64,000 nt of DNA from Dehalococcoidia bacterium (GTDB lineage Bacteria; Chloroflexota; Dehalococcoidia; Bin125). Location: NCBI GenBank assembly GCA_965207365.1, contig OZ242281.1, positions 2,367,218-2,431,217 on the forward strand, read 5' to 3'. The translations under genes and the position numbers were made by a program. This document shows positions 1-10,504 of this stretch, piece by piece (the first letter of the stretch is position 1; each line of letters opens with the position of its first letter). The notes beneath the pieces were generated by a model. It did no database searches. It saw nothing but the letters and a program-made list of their open reading frames with translations, and had not been told where the DNA came from.

Positions 1-108
1 GTCGGATCAGTGCCGGACAACAATGAAGCTGCGCTCTCATTCCTCAGCGCCATCGGTGCGCTCGCGCCGCTGATCAATCCAGACTCACGATTCGAGCTGC
101 CACTGTGA
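1..108 (+). CDS. 3' end of an upstream gene; the partial ORF ends ...NNEAALSFLSAIGALAPLINPDSRFELPL* (hypothetical)
   Basis: Frame 1 is open from the window edge to the TGA at 106-108. I could not match the product to any family. Confidence 0.25.
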   Translation, partial: VGSVPDNNEAALSFLSAIGALAPLINPDSRFELPL

Positions 109-328
109 CGGGAACTTCGCTTGACGCTTCGAGGCTGGATGTTCGTCGGCGCCGCTCTGTGCGGGATGGCCGGCATCACGAGCCTGACGCTCGCGATGTG
201 CTGCATCTTCGACATCATCGGCGGTCAATGCGAGCTGTGGCTGCTGGGACCGTTCGTGCTCTTGCCGTTCGGGCTTGGACTCGGACTCATTGGGCGCGCC
301 GCCGGCAGGCCCGCAGATTGCCAAGAAT

Positions 329-359
329 CGAGATTCCCGCCTGCGCGGGAATGACGGAG
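329..359. repeat. REP-like hairpin, family B (GAGATTCCCGCG-n-CGCGGGAATGACGGAG)
   Basis: Perfect stem TTCCCGCG/CGCGGGAA. Related copies lie at 25844-25879, 25767-25800, 44673-44708 and 32505-32530. Confidence 0.7.
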
Positions 360-366
360 GAGTGTT

Positions 367-3300
367 GTGGTTGAGGTGAACGTGAAGAAGCCTGAATCCG
401 TCCTGATCATTGGCAGCGGTCCGATCGTGATCGGCCAGGCGGCCGAGTTCGACTATGCCGGCACGCAGGCATGCAAAGCCATGACTGAGGAAGGCGTGCG
501 TTCGATCCTGGTCAATTCCAACCCCGCCACGATCATGACCGACGAGGGCGTCGCAGACGAGGTCTACATCGAACCACTGACCGTTCCGGTACTCAGGCGA
601 ATCATCGAGAAAGAGCGTCCCGAGGGTCTGCTGCCCACGCTTGGTGGACAGGTGGGACTCAATCTCGCTGTCGATCTGCATGAGGCGGGCGTGCTGGAAG
701 AATTCAACGTCAGATTGCTCGGCACGCCGTTGGACGCGATTCGCCGCGCCGAGGATCGCGAGCTGTTTCGCCAGGCCATGCGCGATATCGGCGAGCCGAC
801 GCCTCCGTCGGCAGTCGTCACTACGGTCGACCAAGCTCGCGAGGCATTGGAAGAGATCGGACTGCCGGTCGCGATTCGCCCCGCGTACACGCTCGGCGGC
901 ACCGGAGGCGGGTTCGTCCGGACGATGGATGAGTTTGAGCGCGTTGTGCAGACCGGACTGGACGCGTCGCCGATTACGCAGATTCTGATCGAGCGCTCAC
1001 TGTTGGGCTGGAAAGAGGTCGAGTACGAGGTGATGCGCGACGGCGCCGACACGTGCATCACGATTTGCAACATGGAGAACCTCGACCCGATGGGCGTCCA
1101 CACGGGCGATTCCATCGTGGTCGCTCCGTCGCAGACGCTGTCCGACAAGGACTATCAGATGTTGCGCTCTGCCTCGCTGAACATCATTCGTTCGCTGGGC
1201 ATCGAGGGCGGCTGCAACGTCCAGCTCGCGCTGGCGCCGCGACAGGATGTGGTTCCCTGGCCGCCGGAGTCGATGCGCGAAGGCGGCGGCGTTGGCATCC
1301 CGCACGACGAACCCTTGCCGTACTACGTGATCGAGGTCAACCCGCGCGTCAGCCGATCTTCTGCGCTGGCGTCGAAGGCGACCGGCTATCCAATCGCTCG
1401 CGTGGCCGCGAAGATCGCCGCCGGCAAGCGACTGGACGAGATCGCCAACCAGGTCACGGGCCGGACGCAGGCGGCATTCGAGCCGGCGCTTGACTATTGC
1501 GTCGTCAAGATTCCGCGCTGGCCGTTCGACAAGTTCGAGGCCGGCGACCGCGTGCTCGGCACGCAGATGAAGGCCACTGGCGAGGTGATGGCGATCGACC
1601 GTTCCTTCGAGGCTGCGCTGCAGAAAGCGATCCGCTCGCTGGAAGTTGGCGGTAAGTCGGTGCTGTGGGAGGACTCAGAGGCCGAGGCGGAGCCGGTCAA
1701 GGCCGCCGAGACCCCGACCGACATTCGCCTCTGGCACCTGCTCGCCGCGGTGCGGTCAGATGTTCCTCTGGACGAGATCGCCCGACGCTCAGGCGTTGAT
1801 CCCTGGTTCTTGGAACGGCTCGAGAAGATCGTGCTGATGGAGCGTCGCTTGCTCGCGGAACCACTGACGCCAACATTGATGCGTCGCGCCAAGCGGATGG
1901 GCTTTGCCGATGAGCAGATTGCCAACCTGGCTGGCAGCGTCGATGAACGCATCCGAGAGCAACGTGTTGGATGGGGCATCAAGCCGGTCTACAAAATGGT
2001 CGACACCTGCGCGGCCGAGTTCGACGCGGTGACTCCCTATTTCTACTCGACCTATGAAGATGAGAACGAGGCCGAGCCGCAGCAAGGCAATCGCGCTCTC
2101 GTGGTTGGGTCGGGTCCGATCCGCATCGGGCAGGGCATCGAGTTTGACTACGCGTCTGTCAAAGCCGCGCAAGCGCTGCGCGCTGCCGGGTGGGGCGCGG
2201 TGATGGCGAATAGCAATCCCGAGACCGTCTCGACCGATTTCGACACTTCAGATCGCCTGTATTTTGAACCACTCGACGAAGAGGCCGTCCGCGACATCCT
2301 CGAGAACGAAGACGGTTCGCAGAACGGCAATGGCGGAGTCTCATCGATCCTCCAGTTCGGTGGACAGACGGCGATCAATCTCGCCGGCCCGCTGACCAGT
2401 GCTGCGCGTCCGATTCTTGGCTCTTCCGCTGATGTCATCGATCTGGCCGAAGACCGTCGGCGATTCGAACGATTCCTCGCCGACCTCGGCATTCCCCAAC
2501 CTCCGGGCACAGCGGTCAACAACGTCGATGAGGCCGTGCTGGCGGCGGATGCGATTGGCTATCCGGTGCTGGTGCGGCCGTCATACGTCCTCGGTGGACG
2601 CGCGATGGAGATCGTGCAGGGCGTCGGCGATCTGGCTCGCTACGTGGTGCAGGCGCAGGCCGCCGCACCCGGCAAGCCGATCTTGATTGACAAGTATCTG
2701 GCTGGGATTGAGGTCGAAGTTGATGCGATCTGCGGTGGCCCCGGTGACGATGCTGTGTTGATCCCGGGAATCATGGAGCACATCGAACGCGCTGGCGTGC
2801 ATTCGGGCGACTCGATGGCTGTCTATCCGGCGCCGAATCTCCGTGCGAGTGAGGTCGCGAAGATCATCGATTACACCCGCGAGATCGGCATCGGACTCGG
2901 CGTGGCCGGACTGATGAATATCCAGTACGTGATCATGCGCGAGTCGGATGATCATGACAGCGATGTGTTCGTCCTTGAGGTCAATCCACGCGCGAGTCGC
3001 ACCGTGCCATTCCTGAGCAAGATCACCGGCGTGCCGATGGTCGAAGTCGCCGTGCGCGCCATGCTGGGTGAGACGTTGGCCGAACAGGGCTATCCCGGCG
3101 GACTCTGGCCTGCGACACCGCTGGTTGCCGTCAAGGCGCCGGTCTTCTCGATGTCGAAGCTGTCTGGTGTGGACACGCACTTGGGGCCGGAGATGAAATC
3201 CACCGGCGAAGTCATGGGCGTCGATGTCGACTACGACAAGGCGCTGAGCAAGGCGTTGATCGCGGCCGGTATGGCTGTCCCGGCGAAGGGCAAAGCGTTG

Positions 3301-3693
3301 CTCAGCATCGCCGACCAGGACAAGCCGGCCGCCCTCTCGTTAATTCGAGAGTTGGGCGAAGCAGGCTACGAGTTCCATGCCACAATCGGCACGGCGAACC
3401 TGATTCGTGGTCTCGGGTATGAGGTCCACGACGCTCCCAAGCGCGAAGTCGGCGGCGATCCTGACGTGATTGACCTGATTCGCTCGGGACAAATCGACAT
3501 GGTGATCAACACGCCCGAGCAGATCAGCAGCAACATCCGCGATGGGTTCCATATCCGTCGCGCCGCCGCCGAGCAGCGGATCCCCTGCTTCACATCCATC
3601 GATACGGCGCATCATGCCGTCGGCGCGATGCTTGAAGGTGGCGCGGACTACAACATCGCACCGCTTCCCGACTATACGGGCGGCCGGATCTAG
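367..3693 (+). CDS. carB: Carbamoyl-phosphate synthase large subunit
   Basis: 1108 aa. The N-terminus [22 protein letters not shown] is the classic CarB motif. Duplicated ATP-grasp halves start with a second [19 protein letters not shown]. There is an MGS-like C-terminus. GTG start. Confidence 0.97.
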   Translation: MVEVNVKKPESVLIIGSGPIVIGQAAEFDYAGTQACKAMTEEGVRSILVNSNPATIMTDEGVADEVYIEPLTVPVLRRIIEKERPEGLLPTLGGQVGLNLAVDLHEAGVLEEFNVRLLGTPLDAIRRAEDRELFRQAMRDIGEPTPPSAVVTTVDQAREALEEIGLPVAIRPAYTLGGTGGGFVRTMDEFERVVQTGLDASPITQILIERSLLGWKEVEYEVMRDGADTCITICNMENLDPMGVHTGDSIVVAPSQTLSDKDYQMLRSASLNIIRSLGIEGGCNVQLALAPRQDVVPWPPESMREGGGVGIPHDEPLPYYVIEVNPRVSRSSALASKATGYPIARVAAKIAAGKRLDEIANQVTGRTQAAFEPALDYCVVKIPRWPFDKFEAGDRVLGTQMKATGEVMAIDRSFEAALQKAIRSLEVGGKSVLWEDSEAEAEPVKAAETPTDIRLWHLLAAVRSDVPLDEIARRSGVDPWFLERLEKIVLMERRLLAEPLTPTLMRRAKRMGFADEQIANLAGSVDERIREQRVGWGIKPVYKMVDTCAAEFDAVTPYFYSTYEDENEAEPQQGNRALVVGSGPIRIGQGIEFDYASVKAAQALRAAGWGAVMANSNPETVSTDFDTSDRLYFEPLDEEAVRDILENEDGSQNGNGGVSSILQFGGQTAINLAGPLTSAARPILGSSADVIDLAEDRRRFERFLADLGIPQPPGTAVNNVDEAVLAADAIGYPVLVRPSYVLGGRAMEIVQGVGDLARYVVQAQAAAPGKPILIDKYLAGIEVEVDAICGGPGDDAVLIPGIMEHIERAGVHSGDSMAVYPAPNLRASEVAKIIDYTREIGIGLGVAGLMNIQYVIMRESDDHDSDVFVLEVNPRASRTVPFLSKITGVPMVEVAVRAMLGETLAEQGYPGGLWPATPLVAVKAPVFSMSKLSGVDTHLGPEMKSTGEVMGVDVDYDKALSKALIAAGMAVPAKGKALLSIADQDKPAALSLIRELGEAGYEFHATIGTANLIRGLGYEVHDAPKREVGGDPDVIDLIRSGQIDMVINTPEQISSNIRDGFHIRRAAAEQRIPCFTSIDTAHHAVGAMLEGGADYNIAPLPDYTGGRI

Positions 3694-3713
3694 GGAACCG
3701 GAGAGTCAATCAG

Positions 3714-4520
3714 GTGCGCCGCGCCGCCGCCCGGGTGATCGAGACGGAAGAAATCTATCCCGGCACGTTCATCACCTGGTACGACGCGCCGTCGCTCTCA
3801 CAGCATGCGCAGCCAGGCCAGTTTGTGATGGTCGACCCCGGCAGCGAGCACGGGACCTTCGATCCGCTCCTACCCCGAGCGTTTTCCTACTATCGATTCC
3901 GCTTCGCCTCGGCGAGGGACTCCGAGCGCCAGTTCGCGTTGCTGTACACCGTCATCGGTCGCGTCACCGAGCAGATGGCGACGATGCAGGCAGGTGACCG
4001 TGTCTGGATGACCGGACCGCTGGGCCGAGGGTTCGACGTGCGACGTACCGCCTCGAATCTGTTGCTCGTTGGTGGCGGCGTGGGGATTGCTCCGCTGGTG
4101 GCATTGGCGGATTCGGAATCCGAACGGTCATCGCGATCGCGATCAATCGTCCTTTGTTTCGGTGCGCGCAGCGCCGACGGTGTCTATCCGGCCGAGCTAT
4201 TGCCGCCGCAGGTCGAGTACCAGGTCTCGACCGAGGATGGCTCCATGGGCAGCCAGGGATTCGTGACAGACTTGTTTGCCAAGTACCTGACCTGGGCCGA
4301 CCAGTCGTTCGCCTGCGGCCCGGTCCCGATGTTCCGCGCAATGTCGCCGATCATCCGGCAAGACGGCATGAATCGCCCGGTCCAAATCCTGATGGAAACC
4401 GAGATGGCCTGCGGAACCGGCATCTGCTACGGCTGCGCCGTCTTCACCAAGCAAGGCGTAAAGCTCTGCTGCAAGGACGGTCCGAGGTTTGAGCTGCTCG
4501 ATGTCTACCCGAACGGCTAA
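3714..4520 (+). CDS. pyrK: Dihydroorotate dehydrogenase electron-transfer subunit (PyrK-like FAD/NAD binding plus 2Fe-2S)
   Basis: 268 aa with an FNR-like fold (LLVGGGVGIAPL). The C-terminal Cys cluster is CGTGICYGCAV...CCKDGP. It lies directly downstream of carB. GTG start preceded by GGAGAG. Confidence 0.88.
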   Translation: MRRAAARVIETEEIYPGTFITWYDAPSLSQHAQPGQFVMVDPGSEHGTFDPLLPRAFSYYRFRFASARDSERQFALLYTVIGRVTEQMATMQAGDRVWMTGPLGRGFDVRRTASNLLLVGGGVGIAPLVALADSESERSSRSRSIVLCFGARSADGVYPAELLPPQVEYQVSTEDGSMGSQGFVTDLFAKYLTWADQSFACGPVPMFRAMSPIIRQDGMNRPVQILMETEMACGTGICYGCAVFTKQGVKLCCKDGPRFELLDVYPNG

Positions 4521-4532
4521 CGCAAGCATCCA

Positions 4533-5129
4533 ATGCCGGAGATTCCTTACAGCGGCCTGACTGGCAACGACGCCAGTGACGCGCATCTATGGAAACATGG
4601 ACTCCTTTACGGGGACGCTGATGAAGTCTGGGAAGGACGAGCCAAGTACTTCGACCAGGAATCCAAGTACTTCACGGACGACAATGGCAACCTGCGGCTT
4701 CGTCCCGACCGACTTGTCATGATTGGCCTTGACGCGGGCAGACGGCTGCTGACCGTCATTCTCGATCCACCCGATGAAGGAGGGTTCTCCCACGTCGTCA
4801 CAGGTTGGCCATCCACAAGAGCTGAGAAAAACTCGGTACGATCAACCGGGAGGAAGGATGCGGCGTCGATGAATGAACACGGTGACGAGTGGCACACGAT
4901 GGACCCGCCGATCGAGGATGCGGTTGAGATTCCCTATGACCCCTCAAAGAGAGGTCCGGGCGCGTTGAAGATCGAGGTAGAGTTTGACCGTGCGGAGATT
5001 AACCGACTGAAAGCCGGAATTCCGAGGGGACCAGTAGGCGTCACTCGCTTCATCAAGAACGCCGCGCTCGCCGAAGCGGATCGGCTGGCCGCTGCGGCTG
5101 AGCGTGAAGAAGTGCCCCAGGCGGACTAG
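4533..5129 (+). CDS. Fused BrnT-like (DUF497) toxin and BrnA-like RHH antitoxin in a single ORF
   Basis: The N-terminal half has HLWKHGLLYGDADEVW...RLVMIGLD...RLLTVIL...HVVTGWPSTRAEK (BrnT-like). The C-terminal half has LKIEVEFDRAEINRLKA...GVTRFIKNAALAEA (RHH, BrnA-like). A paralogous unfused pair is at 13681-14267. Confidence 0.6.
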   Translation: MPEIPYSGLTGNDASDAHLWKHGLLYGDADEVWEGRAKYFDQESKYFTDDNGNLRLRPDRLVMIGLDAGRRLLTVILDPPDEGGFSHVVTGWPSTRAEKNSVRSTGRKDAASMNEHGDEWHTMDPPIEDAVEIPYDPSKRGPGALKIEVEFDRAEINRLKAGIPRGPVGVTRFIKNAALAEADRLAAAAEREEVPQAD

Positions 5130-5144
5130 TTTTACGGAGACACC

Positions 5145-6002
5145 GTGCCGTCAGAAGCTCAACTGATACTCAACGATCTCGTGTTTCCCGAAGGGCCGCG
5201 ATGGCACGAGGGCCGGCTCTGGTTCTCCGATATGCATGCGCATGAAGTCGTTGCTGTCACCTCCGATGGTGAACGCGAGACGATTGTCGAAGTGCCCAAT
5301 CAGCCTTCAGGGCTTGGTTTCCTTCCCGATGGACGCCTGCTGATCGTCTCGATGACGGACCGCAAGCTGCTGCGCCTCGATCCCGACGGCCTGTACGAGG
5401 TCGCCGACATCTCCGATCAAGCGCCCTACCACTGCAACGACATGGTGGTTGACGCTGCCGGCAACGCGTACATCGGCAACTTCGGCTTTGACATCACCGA
5501 TGGCTCCGCGCCTCGTGCGACCACGATTGTGAAGGTCACGACCGATGGTGAATCGTCCATCGTGGCCGACGGCATCCAGTTTCCCAATGGCACGGTGATC
5601 ACACCTGATGGCGGCACGCTGATCGTCGGCGAGAGCTGGGGTCAGCGCTTGACCGCCTTCGACGTCGAGTCGGATGGATCGCTGTCCAATCAGCGCGTCT
5701 GGGCTGACCTGGCCCAAAGCGGCGTTGGGCCTCCAGACGGCATCTGTCTAGACGCTGAAGGTGCGATCTGGGTCGCGGTGCCGACGAATCCTGGCGCACT
5801 GGCTCGTGTCGCCGAGGGCGGCGAAGTCCTGGAACGGATTGACGTGCCGGACATGGGCGTCTACGCCTGCATGCTGGGCGGCGAGGAACGCAAGACGCTG
5901 TTCTCGCTTGAAGCGCCGACATCGAATCCTCAGCCAGGTGATCCGCGACGGGGACGCATTCGAGCCTTCGATGTCGAGGTCGGCGGGGCAGGTCTGCCAT
6001 AG
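5145..6002 (+). CDS. SMP-30/gluconolactonase/LRE-like beta-propeller protein
   Basis: 285 aa. EGPRWHEGRLWFSDMHAHEV...GLGFLPDGRLLIV...YIGNFGFD is the typical SMP-30/regucalcin signature. Confidence 0.82.
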   Translation: MPSEAQLILNDLVFPEGPRWHEGRLWFSDMHAHEVVAVTSDGERETIVEVPNQPSGLGFLPDGRLLIVSMTDRKLLRLDPDGLYEVADISDQAPYHCNDMVVDAAGNAYIGNFGFDITDGSAPRATTIVKVTTDGESSIVADGIQFPNGTVITPDGGTLIVGESWGQRLTAFDVESDGSLSNQRVWADLAQSGVGPPDGICLDAEGAIWVAVPTNPGALARVAEGGEVLERIDVPDMGVYACMLGGEERKTLFSLEAPTSNPQPGDPRRGRIRAFDVEVGGAGLP

Positions 6003-6019
6003 AATCCGCAGTCGACGCC

Positions 6020-6583
6020 ATGTCGAAGTCCGGTTTGAGACGGACGCTTCGAGCGTCAAGGGCTTCATTGCCAGTTGAACTGGTCGAGGGTTGGTCGACG
6101 GCGATCTGTGCTCGGGTGAACGCTCTGGTGCAGTGGCGCCAGGCCGAAATCGTGCATTGTTATGTCGGCGCGCTCCCCGGTGAAGTTCGTACAGAGCGCT
6201 TGATTGAAGGTGCATTGCGCGATCACAAGCGAGTCATCTGTCCTCGTATCCGCCCCCACGGACAGTTGGACCATCGAGAGGTGACTGAGCTGTCCCAGTT
6301 GACTGACTCGGCGTTTGGTCTGCAAGAACCGGATCCGGAGTTGTGCGCTCCAGGCGATGCGGATTCGGCGGAGATTGTGGTCGTCCCGGGTGTTGCATTC
6401 AGCGCCGACGGACATCGGCTGGGAATGGGCGGCGGCTACTACGACCGATTTCTCTCGCAGAGCGAGAACCTACGGATCGCTCTGGCATATGAAATGCAAT
6501 TGGTCGATACGATCCCGCGAGTCAACCATGACGAGCCGGTAGATCTGATTGTGACCGAAATGCGAGTGATCAAGTGTCGATGA
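6020..6583 (+). CDS. 5-formyltetrahydrofolate cyclo-ligase
   Basis: 187 aa. VVVPGVAFSADGHRLGMGGGYYDRFL is the family motif. Confidence 0.85.
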   Translation: MSKSGLRRTLRASRASLPVELVEGWSTAICARVNALVQWRQAEIVHCYVGALPGEVRTERLIEGALRDHKRVICPRIRPHGQLDHREVTELSQLTDSAFGLQEPDPELCAPGDADSAEIVVVPGVAFSADGHRLGMGGGYYDRFLSQSENLRIALAYEMQLVDTIPRVNHDEPVDLIVTEMRVIKCR

Positions 6584-7032
6584 TCCAGTGGATGCCTGCG
6601 CGTCGCGCTGCCGTGTTTCACGCGGTCACCGCACGAGACAATCTGGTTGCAACATTTGCAGAGATGTATCCGGCGGTCTGGGATGCAATCCAGGATCAAG
6701 GTGGAGCCGAACTGGAAGAAGTGGTCGCGGTCTATCACTCAATCGGGGAGGAAGAGTTGGTATTGTCGGCGGGGCTCGAGTTTCAGGGCGATTTCTCGCC
6801 TCTGGAACCGTTGGCGCTGCTTGAGCTGGGCGGTTGCGAGGCCGGAATGATTGATCACTTCGGACCGTACCTGTTTGCCGACTTCCGACAGACACAGGCT
6901 CAGTTGGAGGCGGAACTGGACTCGGAAGGTCGCACTCCGAGCGGCATAGTAGTTGAGCGCTATCTCACGTTGCCCGACGCGGAACCGGATCAATCCAAGT
7001 GGCATACCGAGATCTGGCTGCTGCTGTCGTAG
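6574..7032 (+). CDS. GyrI-like small-molecule-binding domain protein, tandem copy 1
   Basis: 152 aa. It is paralogous to 7079-7531; both end ...PDAEPDQSKWHTEI(W/L)LLL. The effector-binding beta-alpha-beta pattern is present. Confidence 0.65.
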   Translation: MSMIQWMPARRAAVFHAVTARDNLVATFAEMYPAVWDAIQDQGGAELEEVVAVYHSIGEEELVLSAGLEFQGDFSPLEPLALLELGGCEAGMIDHFGPYLFADFRQTQAQLEAELDSEGRTPSGIVVERYLTLPDAEPDQSKWHTEIWLLLS

Positions 7033-7078
7033 TCTGCTCCAAACACCCCAAACACAGAGTCACAAACGGAGGACCGCA

Positions 7079-7531
7079 ATGCCCGAAGTTGTTCAGCTAG
7101 CCGCCAGACGAGCTGCTGTGATGCATGCCAACGCATCGACCGAGGAGCTGCCCGCCACATTTGCGCGCATCTTCCCGGCGGTGTACGCCGCATTGACAGA
7201 GCAGGGTGTGACTGAGATGGGTCACGTGATTGCCGTCTACCACACGATGGACGCAAATCAGATGTCGCTTTCGGCGGGCATCGAAGTTGGCGACGTTGTC
7301 GAGCTCGCGGAACCGCTGGAGCTGCTTGAGATGCCAGCCTGCGACGCCGTCAAGGCCGACCATTTCGGCCCGTACGATCAGCTCGCGCAGACCCACGAGT
7401 CAATTTGGCCCTTCGTCGAGAAGCTTGGCCGGGCACCGAGCAGCGGCCCAATCGAGCGCTACATCACCGATCCCGAGGCAGAGCCGGATCAGTCGAAGTG
7501 GCACACGGAGATTCTTCTGCCGCTGCAGTAG
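7079..7531 (+). CDS. GyrI-like small-molecule-binding domain protein, tandem copy 2
   Basis: Start chosen at the ATG after GGAGGA (MPEVVQL...). The upstream in-frame extension was rejected. Roughly 45% identical to copy 1. Confidence 0.65.
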   Translation: MPEVVQLAARRAAVMHANASTEELPATFARIFPAVYAALTEQGVTEMGHVIAVYHTMDANQMSLSAGIEVGDVVELAEPLELLEMPACDAVKADHFGPYDQLAQTHESIWPFVEKLGRAPSSGPIERYITDPEAEPDQSKWHTEILLPLQ

Positions 7532-7543
7532 TGTTGGTGTTCC

Positions 7544-7624
7544 GTAGGGGCGCCCCTTGTGGGCGCCCGTTTGGCGTTGGTGCTGGGTCCAAAAGGGAAG
7601 GGCGCCCACAAGGGACGCCCCTAC
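7544..7624. repeat. Long palindromic element: GTAGGGGCGCCCCTTGTGGGCGCCC ... GGGCGCCCACAAGGGACGCCCCTAC (25-bp arms, ~31-bp spacer)
   Basis: Near-perfect inverted repeat. A second family member is at 49016-49115. Confidence 0.8.
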
Positions 7625-7654
7625 CTACACGTGCTGAGAAACTGGCGGGCCGAG

Positions 7655-7729
7655 TGGAGCGGGGGACGGGATTCGAACCCGCGGCCACCTGCTTGGAAGG
7701 CAGGAGCTCTACCCCTGAGCTACCCCCGC
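7655..7729 (-). tRNA. tRNA-Gly (anticodon TCC), CCA encoded
   Basis: Reverse complement is GCGGGGGTAGCTCAGGGGTAGAGCTCCTGCCTTCCAAGCAGGTGGCCGCGGGTTCGAATCCCGTCCCCCGCTCCA. It shows a cloverleaf with GTTCGAATC in the T-loop and the anticodon loop CTTCCAA. Confidence 0.93.
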
Positions 7730-7743
7730 TTGCCCAGATCAGC

Positions 7744-7782
7744 TTAGCGGCCATCCGCCCGGACTCAACGAGCCCGGGCGGC
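7744..7782. terminator. GC-rich hairpin between the rpoD stop and tRNA-Gly (possible rpoD terminator or tRNA promoter-proximal structure)
   Basis: GCGGCCATCCGCCCGG-n10-CCGGGCGGCCGC forms a stem. There is no clear U-tract. Confidence 0.3.
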
Positions 7783-7789
7783 CGCTTGC

Positions 7790-9403
<1,614 letters not shown>

Positions 9404-9621
9404 CCGATCCCCCTTTCGTTCAGTGCTACTGGCTGTTCTTGCTGCTCCAAGCAGCAGGGTTCCAGCGCGCTCTCCAACAGTACGAAAATGGCTGCGAGTT
9501 TGTTCCCGAACCTGCAAGCAACTGCGTCGCGCTGTACGGGAGAAGTGAGCCCGCCGTCACCGACGCGGCGTCAACGTCACAAAGTGACAGTCGGGATGTG
9601 GCGAAGAGAACGGAGTCTTCG

Positions 9622-10257
9622 TCAGTCTGCCACAGCGGCGACCCGGTCTGCTGCTCTGTCTGCCGCCATATCCGCCGTTTTGACCGCCGCTTTGCCCGGA
9701 GCGTGTCGCACATCGTCGGGCCGCATCGCACGCGTCCAGGCCGCGAACTCAAGCATGATCCCGTCGGGATCGTAGAAGTAAACGGAGCGCACGAAGACGC
9801 CCGGATGATTCTCGCGAGCGATGCCGCGCGCCGAATCGTCGTGGTTCAGAATTGGCGTGCAACGCACGCCGGAGTCAATCAGTTTGTCCCTCAGGGCCTG
9901 GATCTCGTCCGCGTCGACATTGAAGGCGACGTGGTTCATCGATGCCACGGCGGTCACCAGCTCCGCCGACGGATCGAAGAACGTATTGGGATCGGGAGAC
10001 GCAATTCCCGGCGCCGGCTCGGGCGCATTGGGGAAGTTGAAGAAGGCCAGACAGTCGCCGTTGCCGATGTCGAAAAAGAAGTGTTGTCCCATGTCGCCAG
10101 GCAGCTCGATCGTCTTGACCAGCGGGAAACCCAAGACCCCGCTGTAGAAGTCGACCGTGCGCTGCATGTCGTGACAGACGAGCGCCAGATGGTTGATCCC
10201 TGAGACGTTGAAGTTGCCAACCGTTGACTTGGTCGGCTGGGCGTCATTGGTCGTCAT
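9622..10257 (-). CDS. VOC-family (glyoxalase/bleomycin-resistance/dioxygenase-like) protein
   Basis: 211 aa. INHLALVCHDMQRTVDFYSGVLGF...VAFNVDADEIQ gives the two beta-alpha-beta-beta-beta modules. Confidence 0.72.
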   Translation of the reverse strand: MTTNDAQPTKSTVGNFNVSGINHLALVCHDMQRTVDFYSGVLGFPLVKTIELPGDMGQHFFFDIGNGDCLAFFNFPNAPEPAPGIASPDPNTFFDPSAELVTAVASMNHVAFNVDADEIQALRDKLIDSGVRCTPILNHDDSARGIARENHPGVFVRSVYFYDPDGIMLEFAAWTRAMRPDDVRHAPGKAAVKTADMAADRAADRVAAVAD

Positions 10258-10504
10258 CGGTCACGCTCCTCGGTCTGTGGTGGCCTCCCAGGATACTCGT
10301 CTGGCAATGGCGAGGCGCGATTGTGGGCTGGAGGCCATTTCTATCGACTGGATTACTTGCGATATCAAAATCATCTATCGTGAATACCGCTAACTATTGA
10401 CGATACCCGCATCATCCGTACCTTAATCAAACGTTCACAAAGGATACTCACCAACGGCTCCCACGATCGTCGTGCGAAGCCTGTCATAACCACTCAAAAC
10501 CACC
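10258..10504. promoter_or_regulatory. AT-rich divergent intergenic region between the VOC gene and aceB (likely promoters and regulator sites for the glyoxylate operon)
   Basis: GC drops locally (gatatcaaaatcatctatcgtgaataccgctaactattgacgat...ccttaatcaaacg). There is a TTGACG-like -35 and a TAnnnT-like -10 candidate. Confidence 0.35.

Noticed and set aside
85-834. 249-aa minus-strand ORF upstream of and overlapping carB
   Set aside because: It is antisense to the carB 5' region. Its SFPRRRESRFLAICGP segment is just the translation of the REP hairpin at 329-359. There is no family signal.
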